Assembly (NCBI GenBank): GCA_963787125.1
Contig: CAWBBV010000023.1
Span: 128,001-192,000 of the forward strand
Origin: an uncultured delta proteobacterium
GTDB lineage: Bacteria; Desulfobacterota; Desulfuromonadia; Geobacterales; DSM-12255
Direction: 5' to 3'
Length of the DNA stretch: 64,000 bases
How positions within the stretch are numbered: the stretch's first letter is position 1; every line of letters begins with the position of its first letter. Below are positions 1 to 9,438 of this stretch, piece after piece. A program made the translations under genes and the position numbers. The notes under the pieces were generated by a model, which had not been told where the DNA came from, ran no database searches, and saw nothing but the letters and a program-made list of their open reading frames with translations.

Positions 1-1359
1 ACGATTAACGTCCGGCTCTCACCCGAACAGATTCTGTACACAATCGATCATGCCGAAGACGATCTTCTCCTGGTAAACAGCGAATTTCTGCCGATTCTGG
101 AACAGATCCGCGGACGGCTCGATACGGTCAAAAACTTCGTGCTTCTCAATGACGAACCAGTTACTCCGCACACAACCATTACCTTTGCCGGTGACTATGA
201 GGAACTGCTTGCCAAGGCGGCGGTTGAATTCGAATTTCAGGACTTTAACGAGAATATCCGGGCAACGACATTCTATACCACCGGCACGACCGGCATGCCG
301 AAAGGGGTCTACTTCAGTCAGCGGCAGCTGGTCCTTCATACAATGAGCGTTCTCGGGATGCTGGCATCAGCGGTTGGTCAGGGCAGTTTCAATTGCCATG
401 ACGTGTACATGCCGATCACGCCGATGTTTCACGTGCACGCCTGGGGTCTGCCCTATGTGGCCACAATGCTGGGGGTAAAGCAGGTTTATCCGGGTCGCTA
501 CGTCCCAGACACGCTCCTTGAGCTGATTGAAAAAGAGGGTGTGACCTTTTCCCATTGTGTACCGACCATCCTCCATATGTTGCTGAAACATCCCCATGCG
601 CAGCGGATCGACCTCTCCCGCTGGAAGCTGATTATCGGTGGTGCTGCCATGTCCCGAACTCTCTGTCTTGACGCAATCAGCCGGGGGATCGATGTCTTTA
701 CCGGTTATGGCATGTCCGAGACCTGTCCCATCCTGACGCTTTCACATTTGACACCTGAAATGCTGGCGCTCCCGGCGGAAGAACAGTCAATTATTCGCTG
801 CAAAACCGGCAGGGCTATCCCCTTTGTTGAACTCAAGGTTGCCGGTGACGGACTGGCAGAACAGCCATGGGACGGCGTAAGTGTCGGAGAGATTGTTGTC
901 CGTGCCCCCTGGCTTACGCAAGGGTATCTCAAGGATGTCAAGGCCTCGGAACGTCTCTGGGAAGGTGGTTATCTGCATACCGGTGACGTGGCGACCCGTG
1001 ATGAACTCGGTTTCGTAAAGATCATTGACCGGACCAAGGATGTCATCAAGGTTGCCGGAGAGTGGGTTTCGTCGCTGGAGCTGGAGGATATAATCGCCCA
1101 TCACCCGGCGGTTGCCGAAGTAGCGGTTATCGGTATTCCTGATGAGAAATGGGGAGAGCGGCCGTTAGCGCTCGTTGTACCTAAAGCAGAGGTCAGCAGT
1201 TCGGTGAAAGAAATTGCAGCTTATGTAAAGGGGTATGCTGACAAAGGGTTGGTGAGTAAGCAGGTTTTGCTGCTAAAGGTTCGTTTTGTGGAGCATATCG
1301 ATAAGACCAGCGTCGGCAAGGTCAGTAAGGTGGTCTTGCGGGAGAAGTATTCGTGCTAA
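1..1359 (+). CDS. Fatty-acid--CoA ligase (AMP-binding enzyme), 5'-truncated by window edge
   Basis: Frame open from base 1 (TINVRLSPEQ...); YTTGTTGMPKG AMP-binding motif, GYGMSET, HTGD, KTSVGK. Confidence 0.9.
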   Translation, partial: TINVRLSPEQILYTIDHAEDDLLLVNSEFLPILEQIRGRLDTVKNFVLLNDEPVTPHTTITFAGDYEELLAKAAVEFEFQDFNENIRATTFYTTGTTGMPKGVYFSQRQLVLHTMSVLGMLASAVGQGSFNCHDVYMPITPMFHVHAWGLPYVATMLGVKQVYPGRYVPDTLLELIEKEGVTFSHCVPTILHMLLKHPHAQRIDLSRWKLIIGGAAMSRTLCLDAISRGIDVFTGYGMSETCPILTLSHLTPEMLALPAEEQSIIRCKTGRAIPFVELKVAGDGLAEQPWDGVSVGEIVVRAPWLTQGYLKDVKASERLWEGGYLHTGDVATRDELGFVKIIDRTKDVIKVAGEWVSSLELEDIIAHHPAVAEVAVIGIPDEKWGERPLALVVPKAEVSSSVKEIAAYVKGYADKGLVSKQVLLLKVRFVEHIDKTSVGKVSKVVLREKYSC

Positions 1360-1379
1360 GGGAGACATCTTAACCATTA

Positions 1380-1754
1380 TCACTCGTCATTAGCTGATGA
1401 TTTCCTGAGTCTCTTGCCGGCTTTGACAGGTTTTATCGGTGCCTCAACCGGCTTGGTTATGGTTGGAACATCGTTTTTCATTGCCTGATTTGCCGACGGC
1501 TGAGTTGCATCAGGCGGCTTGAGCACAGATCTTGGCTGCTCAGGCTGAGGTGGCGTTGCATCGGTTGCGTCGGGGTACAAGGCCGTTGTTTTACTTTTAT
1601 AGCGGGCCGGGACCTCATAATCTTTATTGGTGTAATGAATATTCCCGCTGGAATCTGTCCATCTGTATACCATTGCCACTGCTGGTGATGCAAACAACAT
1701 CCCCAGCAGTAGCACCAGCGCATAAATCTGTTTTCTTAGCTCAATTCTCATCAA
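1380..1754 (-). CDS. DUF4124-domain secreted protein
   Basis: Signal peptide followed by VYRWTDSSGNIHYTN, then Pro/Lys-rich tail. Confidence 0.75.
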   Translation of the reverse strand: MMRIELRKQIYALVLLLGMLFASPAVAMVYRWTDSSGNIHYTNKDYEVPARYKSKTTALYPDATDATPPQPEQPRSVLKPPDATQPSANQAMKNDVPTITKPVEAPIKPVKAGKRLRKSSANDE

Positions 1755-1781
1755 TCCAATATCCTTAACAGCATTAGACGC

Positions 1782-2411
1782 TCAATAATATGAGACGACC
1801 TCAAAATCCTTATCGACAATTTTGTCATAGCCTTTGCCGGCAAACCAGAAGGAATTTATTGCCCGATCATTTAATGAATAAATTGTCTGCAGCAGCTGAA
1901 TGTTCATAACCTTAACCTGCCTGCCGGTTTTGTCACTCAACGCTTCCTTCTGATTGCTATAGGTAACTGTTGCTGTCTGGTTTAAACGCTTGATTCCGGC
2001 GGTTACTCCGAGGTTTTCTGTTTTTGTAATCTGGAAAGTGGCGGATTTGGGGAACAGTTGGCGGAGTTTTCCGCCGAAATAGTCAATCTGTCCCGAAATG
2101 CGCAATATCTCTTCACTGGCTTTGCGCTCTGCGTCGGCCTGATTATATTTTGCATTATGTATGAGTTTCTCTCTGCTGTCAGTCACCAGCGCTGTAGTCA
2201 GGTTGGAAGCAGCGTACATGGCTTCCTTGTCACCGTTTTGAGCCCCCTGCAGGAACTTGAGCGCAAGCTCTTTATCCTTGGTCGTATCATTCAAAGTACT
2301 TTTGGTGCCTGTCTTGTCAGGCTGAACGGGCTGATTGCTTCCAGAACCGTTACAGCCGGCAATGGCGAACCCGAGCGCAATGATTGCAGTTAGCCAGACT
2401 TTTTTTGTCAT
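1782..2411 (-). CDS. Hypothetical lipoprotein
   Basis: ATG at 2411 with GGAGA RBS; lipobox IAGC. Confidence 0.7.
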   Translation of the reverse strand: MTKKVWLTAIIALGFAIAGCNGSGSNQPVQPDKTGTKSTLNDTTKDKELALKFLQGAQNGDKEAMYAASNLTTALVTDSREKLIHNAKYNQADAERKASEEILRISGQIDYFGGKLRQLFPKSATFQITKTENLGVTAGIKRLNQTATVTYSNQKEALSDKTGRQVKVMNIQLLQTIYSLNDRAINSFWFAGKGYDKIVDKDFEVVSYY

Positions 2412-2440
2412 AGAATCTCCTGACTGGTTTTGGATTACTA

Positions 2441-2481
2441 AATTAAAATAATCCGGAGGCTGCATCACCCCCGGATTATTT
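2441..2481 (-). terminator. Rho-independent terminator after the decaheme cytochrome gene
   Basis: AAATAATCCGG...CCGGATTATTT stem with T-rich tail on minus strand. Confidence 0.6.
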
Positions 2482-2495
2482 GTTCTGTTTAGACT

Positions 2496-2533
2496 CTTTA
2501 CCTGTAGCGCGGCCAGCCGCGCTACAGGTAAAG
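2496..2533. repeat. Perfect inverted repeat with 18-bp arms
   Basis: CTTTACCTGTAGCGCGGC-CA-GCCGCGCTACAGGTAAAG. Confidence 0.85.
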
Positions 2534-2582
2534 CTGTTGTGAATCGGAGAGGGAAGGCGTTCGCCACCCCATCGTTTTCAGT

Positions 2583-5500
2583 TTACCACCAACGGTGAAC
2601 TGCCTTGATGTTAGGTACAGTGGAGTTGAGGTTGTTGTTGGATATTCCGTGGCAAACTACACAGAGCTCTTGCTTGCCAAGAGCCGTGCTGCGCGGTTCT
2701 GAGATCGAACCACCATTTGTTGCCATGTGACCCCTGGCATACTTCGTGTCGTGGCAGGCGGCACAGGCCGCTGCAATCGGTGAATTCACAAGGGTAGTGG
2801 TTTCAGCCTGGAATGTCCCTTGTGGTGGCAGCGTAACTTTTGTCCCATCAGCTTTGGTGATGGTTGAGTTCGGCATGCCTGGAGCGCCGGAGTTAAAGGC
2901 GAATGTAGCACCGTATTTAGTGCCTGCAGTCACGAACGGTGAGTAGTAGGTGCCTGGAATCGGTTCATTACCGGTTATGACAACACTGATTGGACTTGGT
3001 ATATTACCTGAGGCTACGGTCGTATACAGCATGCTGTCAAATATTCCATTATTGTTTGCTGTGTAGACACTGTTACTGAAGTCATACATGCCGGCGACAT
3101 GGCACTCTTCACAGTTTCTGAGAAGACCAGGGTAGGTAACCTGCCAGTATGCGGCACCTGCGGAGGACTCCCAACTGAACTTGTTCACACGCTTGCCTGC
3201 GCCATGGATAGAGTGGATGATATCCTTGGAGTTGACGGCCCAGCCGCTGTTGGTGCGGTTGACGTTGTGACAGAAGGTGCAGGTCGGGGCGTCATTGCGT
3301 TGGCCAGCATGGAAAGTCGGGTTGACGCCGAGCCTGCCGTGGCAGGCATTACATTTGGCATTATCAACAATCACACGACGAGCTGTGTAACCTGTGGCTA
3401 ATTTCCATTTATTATCGGACGGAACACTGAATCCGCCTTCACCGATTGGCAGGGTTACGCCATTTTTGGTCACTACGTAGGGGTAAGCCGCCAGGTCGGT
3501 CTGGGTAAGCGGCTGGGTAGTTGTGATGAACGGAACATATGGTGCGGTGCCGGCATACGAGCCTTTGGAATATGATCCAAGTCCGTAAGTATAGCCGATA
3601 CCACCGGTCATCATGACCGCGTTGTCAGGAACATTGACGTTCGTCAGGGTTACTGTGTAGTAGCCGCTGACAGGACCAGTGAGTGTGCCTGCCTGGGTTG
3701 GCTGATTAACGCTGGTTGCAGTGCCGTTCCAGAGGCGTTTCAGATAGGCGCTGGCAGTTGCATTGTAGTCAACCGGTGCGGTAATGCCGTCCTGTGGAAC
3801 AGCAAACGCAAAGTAGATACTTGGTGAGCCGACAAAACCGGCCAACAGTTCTGGACTCAGTGCCGGATCGTTGAAGGCGATATCAACCGGAGCACCAAGA
3901 ACGCCATTGGCATCCGCGGTGGCTACCTGGAACTTGAACTCCATGACCGGCTGTTTGCTGGTGTTTCTGGAAACACTCTTGATGACATAGCTTATGGCCT
4001 TGGCACCGGCAGGCAATCTGCTGAGGCTGGCAGCTGCGGTATAAGAAGCGTTGGTATTGCTGTTGATCGTCACCCCTTGCGCGGTAGCATTACTGTAACC
4101 GGCGAAGGCCCTGGAGACTGCGTTATCAGTAGCCGGAGGGGCGATAGGGAGATGCTTCAGGGAGACTATTGCGCTGCCATGGCAGGAAGAGCAGAGCTGA
4201 TCGTTTGCCTGACCACCCTGGTGGGTTGCGAAGTCGGTCGCATTGTGGCAGGAACCGCAGGATTTACGGCTCGGCTTGGTCATCCAGTTGGATACATCCT
4301 TGCCTTGATGACAGAGGGTGCAGTTCCTGATGTCCTGTGGATAGGTCTGCTCGCCGTAGGTAACCAGACCCTTAGGGATCGGTTTGAAGGATCCGCCATC
4401 ATTGAGTGTTTCACCCATATGGATGCGGTGGATAAAAGTTACAAATTCACCTTCGCCACCGGAGATCTGGTTGGTGTGACACATTACACAGAGTCTTGAA
4501 TCGGTTCGTGAGCCGGTGTGGCCGGAGAGGAAGTTGTTCGGGACTGCCAGAGCAAGCTTGTAGTGACACTGGCCGCAGGCGCCGGCGGTAACGATGTCAC
4601 GGGCAAAAGCCTGTTTGCCGGTGGTTGCATCGGTCAGCATCAAGCCTGTTGAGGGTGTGAAATCATAGAAAATGTTAGCAACATTGGGGCTTGTGAATAC
4701 TGCCTGTACAGCCCCGGTAAGCGGGTTGATCGGTCCGGCGTAACCGCCGGGAACGTTGACGTTACGGATTGAAATGCCAAGGCGATGGGTCAGGGTTGCA
4801 TCGTAGGCAATATTGACGTTGGCTGTAATATCAGCGCCAAAAGTTGCGGTATACGAGCCATCACCGTGATCGATGATTTTGTAGCCGTCAGCGGTTTTCA
4901 CGCCATTTACGTAGAGGTCAGCAGAATCAGCCGATGGATTGGTTAATGCGGACGTACCCCTGGCAGGTATTGCCGATAGCGGCAGGCCGGCGCTGATGTA
5001 GTTCTGCCAGAAGGAGTTGCTGCCGTTAACTTCAGGCATGAGCTTGGCGATATGGAGAGCAAAGGTTCTCAAGCCGGTTATGCCCTTGCCCGTGGCTTTG
5101 TTGACGACCGTAAAGTTGACGATCGGTTTCTTGGCGGGGATAAAGACACTCTGTATCTGGCCGTCAAGGGTAATGTTGTTCAGATCATTTACCGAGAACG
5201 TGCTTGCGTCAACCGCAGGAAGAAGGGCTCCGTTGGTGAGCGAGCCGGTCAGAGTAAGGCCACTGGTGTTGTAAGCCAGAACCTGGCCGCCGTTGGCTAC
5301 AACCTGTGCTGCTGCATCTGCATAGGTCTTGTTGACAGAATTAAGCGTCTGGCCGGTATCACCAAGGATGCCGGTCAAGCCGAGCATTGTTGAAACAGTG
5401 ATGGCAATATTGGTTGTGTCCTGACTGATGTTGATATTAACGCTGTTGCTGGCGCTGATGCCAGGCGCAGGCGGCGTGCTAAGGTCAATGGGGACGATAT

Positions 5501-5849
5501 TCCTGAAAGGGGTACCTGCAAGACTGACATCAGCCTTGAATACCAGGGTTGCTTTGGCTGTCGGCAGCGTGAGGCTGACGCTTTTGAAAGCACCGTTTGC
5601 GTCTATGGGGCCGCTCCCCAGTACTGTTCCGTCCTGACCATTAATGACGGTGATTGTCCCCAGGTCAGGTGCCGCTGCAAAAAGAGTTTTCAGCAGGGAT
5701 TTTCCACCTTCGACTTTGCCGGATACGGAGACCGTGTAGCCTTTCTGACTGACTGCGTTGTTGCTGCTTCCGCCGCCGCTACAGCCGGCGATGGACAGCA
5801 TGGTTAATGCAATTAGCGACAAAAAATAACTGAGCTTTCTACTTAACAT
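2583..5849 (-). CDS. OmcA/MtrC-family decaheme c-type cytochrome lipoprotein
   Basis: Lipobox IAGC; 10 CxxCH in two clusters of five (CGQCH, CVMCH, CTLCH, CGSCH, CSSCH / CNACH, CTFCH, CEECH, CAACH, CVVCH) separated by a heme-free domain; DHGDGSYT, IHRIHMG and YPQDIRNC motifs. Confidence 0.9.
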   Translation of the reverse strand: MLSRKLSYFLSLIALTMLSIAGCSGGGSSNNAVSQKGYTVSVSGKVEGGKSLLKTLFAAAPDLGTITVINGQDGTVLGSGPIDANGAFKSVSLTLPTAKATLVFKADVSLAGTPFRNIVPIDLSTPPAPGISASNSVNINISQDTTNIAITVSTMLGLTGILGDTGQTLNSVNKTYADAAAQVVANGGQVLAYNTSGLTLTGSLTNGALLPAVDASTFSVNDLNNITLDGQIQSVFIPAKKPIVNFTVVNKATGKGITGLRTFALHIAKLMPEVNGSNSFWQNYISAGLPLSAIPARGTSALTNPSADSADLYVNGVKTADGYKIIDHGDGSYTATFGADITANVNIAYDATLTHRLGISIRNVNVPGGYAGPINPLTGAVQAVFTSPNVANIFYDFTPSTGLMLTDATTGKQAFARDIVTAGACGQCHYKLALAVPNNFLSGHTGSRTDSRLCVMCHTNQISGGEGEFVTFIHRIHMGETLNDGGSFKPIPKGLVTYGEQTYPQDIRNCTLCHQGKDVSNWMTKPSRKSCGSCHNATDFATHQGGQANDQLCSSCHGSAIVSLKHLPIAPPATDNAVSRAFAGYSNATAQGVTINSNTNASYTAAASLSRLPAGAKAISYVIKSVSRNTSKQPVMEFKFQVATADANGVLGAPVDIAFNDPALSPELLAGFVGSPSIYFAFAVPQDGITAPVDYNATASAYLKRLWNGTATSVNQPTQAGTLTGPVSGYYTVTLTNVNVPDNAVMMTGGIGYTYGLGSYSKGSYAGTAPYVPFITTTQPLTQTDLAAYPYVVTKNGVTLPIGEGGFSVPSDNKWKLATGYTARRVIVDNAKCNACHGRLGVNPTFHAGQRNDAPTCTFCHNVNRTNSGWAVNSKDIIHSIHGAGKRVNKFSWESSAGAAYWQVTYPGLLRNCEECHVAGMYDFSNSVYTANNNGIFDSMLYTTVASGNIPSPISVVITGNEPIPGTYYSPFVTAGTKYGATFAFNSGAPGMPNSTITKADGTKVTLPPQGTFQAETTTLVNSPIAAACAACHDTKYARGHMATNGGSISEPRSTALGKQELCVVCHGISNNNLNSTVPNIKAVHRWW

Positions 5850-5954
5850 GATTTCCTCCTGTTTAGAAATTTACTGCGCTGGTTAACTGGTTTCAAGTAA
5901 ATGAATCTTCAACAGTATTTGAACTCCTCCTTTAAAATAAATTTTACAGCTTAA

Positions 5955-8162
5955 TCATGGGGTGAGCTGACCACTTACAATTATGCCAAGAGCTGAAGCA
6001 GGTGGCGTTACCGATAGAGTGCTGCTCTGTGCTGAGATGTTACCGGCAGCGTCGGAGGCTTTAACGTAGTAGGTGTAGGTAGTCGTTGGTGTGACCGGTG
6101 TGTCAGTCAGTGAAAGTGTTGCTGTTGTGGCGATTTTAACTCCATTGCGGTAGATGTCATAAGTGGTTACGCCAATGTTATCGGTTGCGCCGCTCCAGGA
6201 AAGATTTACCGAGCTCTGGGTGGCGGTCAAAGCTGTTGTGGTCGCTGTTAATGTTGCCGGAGCGGTCGGAGCGGTTATATCCTGGCTTGGCGGTGTAATT
6301 ACACCAACATTGACCTGCCCGTTGACGGTTATCTGCAAAGAGCTTTGCGATACCGGCACCTGCAACTGACTGCTGGCTACGGAGCGATTACCGGCGGCGT
6401 CAAGAGCAACAATATAATAGGTGTAGAGGGTATTCGTCAGCAGCGGCGAATCAGTGTAACTTTGAGTGGCAACAGTCGCAATTTTACTGCCGTTTCTGTA
6501 AATCTCATAGGCCGTTACAGCAATATTGTCGGTTGCGCCACTCCAGCTGACAAGAATTGATCTTTGCGTTGCCGTAAGAATGGTTGTTGCTGCCGCCAGG
6601 TTTGTCGGTGCAGTTGGTGCGGTTATATCCTGACTTGGCGGGGTGATAATTCCGGTATTTACTTGACCGCTGACGGTTATCTGCAGTGAAGCCTGGGAAG
6701 CAGGAACCTGGAGCTGACTGCTGGCAGGTGACCTGTTTCCGGCAGCATCAAGTGCAATAATGGAATACGTGTACTGTGTGTTCAGCAGGAGCGGTGAATC
6801 GGTAAAGCTTTCGGTTGTAACAGTCGCAATTTTACTGCCGTCTCTGTATACCTCATAAGCTGTCACAGCAATATTGTCTGTTGCTCCACTCCAGCTCACC
6901 AGGATAGATCTTTGTGTCGGCGTAAGAGTGGTTGTCGTTGCTGCCAGATTCAGCGGTGGCGTCGGGGCGGTAATATCTTTGGTCGGAGAGATGAGTATCC
7001 CTGTCGAAAGCTGGCCCCCTGCCGTGATGTTCAGGTTTACCGGTGTTGGTGTCACACTGACACTACTGCTGGCAACAGAACGATTGCCCGCACCGTCCAG
7101 GGCGCGTACATAGTAGGTATAGGTGCTGCCCGGAACCAGGGAGATATCTTTGTAACTGAGAGTGGTGACCGTGACTGTTTTGCTGCCGTCGCGGTAAATT
7201 TCGTAGCCGGTCACGGCAGTATTGTCGGTTGATGCTTTCCAGGAAAGATCAGCCGAGGCGTTGGTTGTAGTGAGGGTGGCCGTAGTGACGGTAAATCCTG
7301 ACGGAGCTGTTGGCGGCGTTGTATCACTGAAGTCCGGATTCGGCGGTGGCGTTGCAGATTTGGTCAAAAGTGCTTGTACTGCTGCGGCCAGAGGAGGGGT
7401 AATATCAATTCTTGCCAGAACCTGGTTGCCGGCGGTATTAAGCGCAAAAAGGTAGGTTTGGTACTCCGGGCTGGTCACATCAGACACCGCCTGACCGATG
7501 AGGCTGGTCACCGCGAGGGTCGTGCCGGTATTCGAGTTGACTATCATCTGATCAATGACCGTCAGGGCGGCCAGGTTAGCCAGATTAGCTGCAACTCCAG
7601 GGTTAGCCAGCAGGTCGGTAACATTGAAAATTGCCGCGACATAACTGTTGCCGGCTTCAACTGTCTTGGCATCAGCAATCAGCAGCGGATCAGCAGTCAG
7701 AATCTGCTGCAGTTTCTGGTAGCCGGCTTCGGAGATCGGTGTTACGGCGATGACCTGACCGGTTGACAGTTTGTCCACAACAGCATTGAAGGCTTCCGTT
7801 GCCGTGAAATTAACCGGAGTCGTGGATGTTGTGGTGGTGTAAGTTGCTCCGGGCTGGCCGGTGACTCTGATGAGGAGCGGTGGCGTTGCTTTGGCAACCG
7901 GGATGTCAATTGCGTACGAACCATCACCAAGTGATGTTCCGGTCCCTAAAAGTTCACCCGGACTGCCGTTTGAGTTCAACTGAAAGATTTCTACACGGGC
8001 CGCCTTGATCGGTCCTTGAATAGTGGCAATGCCGGAGATTGTTGTCAGGGGGCCGGGTGCAACGCCTCCTTCTCCACCATTACCACCACCGCACGCAGTA
8101 ACAACAAGAGGCAGGCAGGCAATTAATCCCCATGCTAAAAACCTCTTAAGTGTCATATACAT
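5955..8162 (-). CDS. Fibronectin type III repeat lipoprotein (4 FN3 domains)
   Basis: ATG 8162 with GGAGG RBS; lipobox VTAC; four D(I/T)T(A/P)PT..W..(A/S)TDN..V..Y..YR.G..Y.Y...A.D.AGN repeats. Confidence 0.85.
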   Translation of the reverse strand: MYMTLKRFLAWGLIACLPLVVTACGGGNGGEGGVAPGPLTTISGIATIQGPIKAARVEIFQLNSNGSPGELLGTGTSLGDGSYAIDIPVAKATPPLLIRVTGQPGATYTTTTSTTPVNFTATEAFNAVVDKLSTGQVIAVTPISEAGYQKLQQILTADPLLIADAKTVEAGNSYVAAIFNVTDLLANPGVAANLANLAALTVIDQMIVNSNTGTTLAVTSLIGQAVSDVTSPEYQTYLFALNTAGNQVLARIDITPPLAAAVQALLTKSATPPPNPDFSDTTPPTAPSGFTVTTATLTTTNASADLSWKASTDNTAVTGYEIYRDGSKTVTVTTLSYKDISLVPGSTYTYYVRALDGAGNRSVASSSVSVTPTPVNLNITAGGQLSTGILISPTKDITAPTPPLNLAATTTTLTPTQRSILVSWSGATDNIAVTAYEVYRDGSKIATVTTESFTDSPLLLNTQYTYSIIALDAAGNRSPASSQLQVPASQASLQITVSGQVNTGIITPPSQDITAPTAPTNLAAATTILTATQRSILVSWSGATDNIAVTAYEIYRNGSKIATVATQSYTDSPLLTNTLYTYYIVALDAAGNRSVASSQLQVPVSQSSLQITVNGQVNVGVITPPSQDITAPTAPATLTATTTALTATQSSVNLSWSGATDNIGVTTYDIYRNGVKIATTATLSLTDTPVTPTTTYTYYVKASDAAGNISAQSSTLSVTPPASALGIIVSGQLTP

Positions 8163-8227
8163 TAGTTCCTCCTTCTGCACAGGTAAACTGTTTTAACCGC
8201 TGATGCCGGCAACTTTCCAGGCTGAGT

Positions 8228-9013
8228 TCAGTTCTTGTCGCCTGCGTGGCAAGAGCTGGCTCCACAGGTTTTATCCACTTTGACTTGGCCGGGTTTTGTC
8301 GCATCATTGAACGTCCCATGACACGCTGCGATGTCGCATTTCGCCCTTGTTTGGGCATTTGTTAATCCTGTCAGCGTATAACCCTTGTGATCGGCATCTC
8401 TCCATGAACCGGCTGTGGCTGGATGTACCGCACTGACGCCACCGAGATGACACTGGTAGCAGGAAGGACCACTCAGAAAAACTCCAGTGGAAGCTGTGCC
8501 ATGGCAAACGCTGGTGCTGCATTTGGCAATGCCGTTAGCACTGGCATAGTTGGCATGGCTGGAGTAAAACGCCCAGGTTCCAGCATGCTTTGCTGCAGGT
8601 CCGCCGAGGTGACACGCCGTTGCACAGGAACTGCCGCTACCGGGAACTCCGGTTAGGGCTGCACCGTGGCAGGCGCTATTGGCACAGCTCGTAGTGCCGT
8701 TCGTTGCCACGTATCCCTTATGGCGGGCATAAGCGTATTGACCCCACTGAAGCGGGTGAACGGCTTCAGCACTGCCAAGATGACAAGTGGTGCAGGATAC
8801 TTTTGAGATGCCCCCGTCAAGGTTCTCCCCATGGCATTCAAAACAGGTTTCCTGATCAGCCTTGGCCGAGCCTTGATGGTTTATTGCCCAACCCGGCAAG
8901 TGTTTACCGCTATCGGGACTGAATACTACCTTGGAATTAGTGTCACCACAGCCGCTTAAGGAGAGGGACAATGCTAAAGCAGTCAGGCAAATTGTAGTTT
9001 TTATTTGTGACAT
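8228..9013 (-). CDS. Multiheme cytochrome c lipoprotein with up to 8 heme sites (ExtD-like)
   Basis: Lipobox LSGC; CFECH, CTTCH, CYQCH plus atypical CANSACH, CATACH, CSTSVCH, CDIAACH, CGASSCH. Confidence 0.85.
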   Translation of the reverse strand: MSQIKTTICLTALALSLSLSGCGDTNSKVVFSPDSGKHLPGWAINHQGSAKADQETCFECHGENLDGGISKVSCTTCHLGSAEAVHPLQWGQYAYARHKGYVATNGTTSCANSACHGAALTGVPGSGSSCATACHLGGPAAKHAGTWAFYSSHANYASANGIAKCSTSVCHGTASTGVFLSGPSCYQCHLGGVSAVHPATAGSWRDADHKGYTLTGLTNAQTRAKCDIAACHGTFNDATKPGQVKVDKTCGASSCHAGDKN

Positions 9014-9438
9014 GATGCGCACCTCTGATTGTTCTGGCGTCCATGACACTTGGCACATGAGGTCGGGTCTACCCTGCCGTCAATTTTGTGCTGACCAAGA
9101 TAGTCGCCACGGTGTGGCAGCGTCCGCTCAGGTGAGTCTGCAAATTTGTCGCTGGGTTTGATTTCATCCTTGTTTGCGTGGCAATCAATACAGAAAGCTT
9201 CTTGATGGCAGGCAGTGCAGGTTTGCCGGGAGGAACCGGCATAAAAGCCGTGCTTTTTGTAAAAGTCGAGCGCCTTGTGGTTCATGGCGCTGTAGGAGTC
9301 GGTATGGCATTCGGTGCAGTCAGGCACTCCTTTGACTGCCTCAGGGTGGATTACGGCTACGCTTTTGGTGTTGGCGCAGGCATAGAGAAGAAATAGGATT
9401 ATCGGCATGAACATTATTATGAGGATTCTATTTTTCAC
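9001..9438 (-). CDS. Pentaheme cytochrome c lipoprotein (ExtC/ExtF-like)
   Basis: GTG start with GGAGG RBS; lipobox LYAC; CTECH, CTACH, CIDCH, CAKCH, CASCH. Confidence 0.85.
   Translation of the reverse strand: MKNRILIIMFMPIILFLLYACANTKSVAVIHPEAVKGVPDCTECHTDSYSAMNHKALDFYKKHGFYAGSSRQTCTACHQEAFCIDCHANKDEIKPSDKFADSPERTLPHRGDYLGQHKIDGRVDPTSCAKCHGRQNNQRCASCHK

Noticed and set aside
2412..2567. N-terminal extension of the lipoprotein ORF to 2567
   Set aside because: Runs through the hairpins; the RBS and signal peptide begin at 2411
5960..7330. Tandem ~350-bp DNA repeats as a non-coding array
   Set aside because: Explained by the FN3 coding repeats
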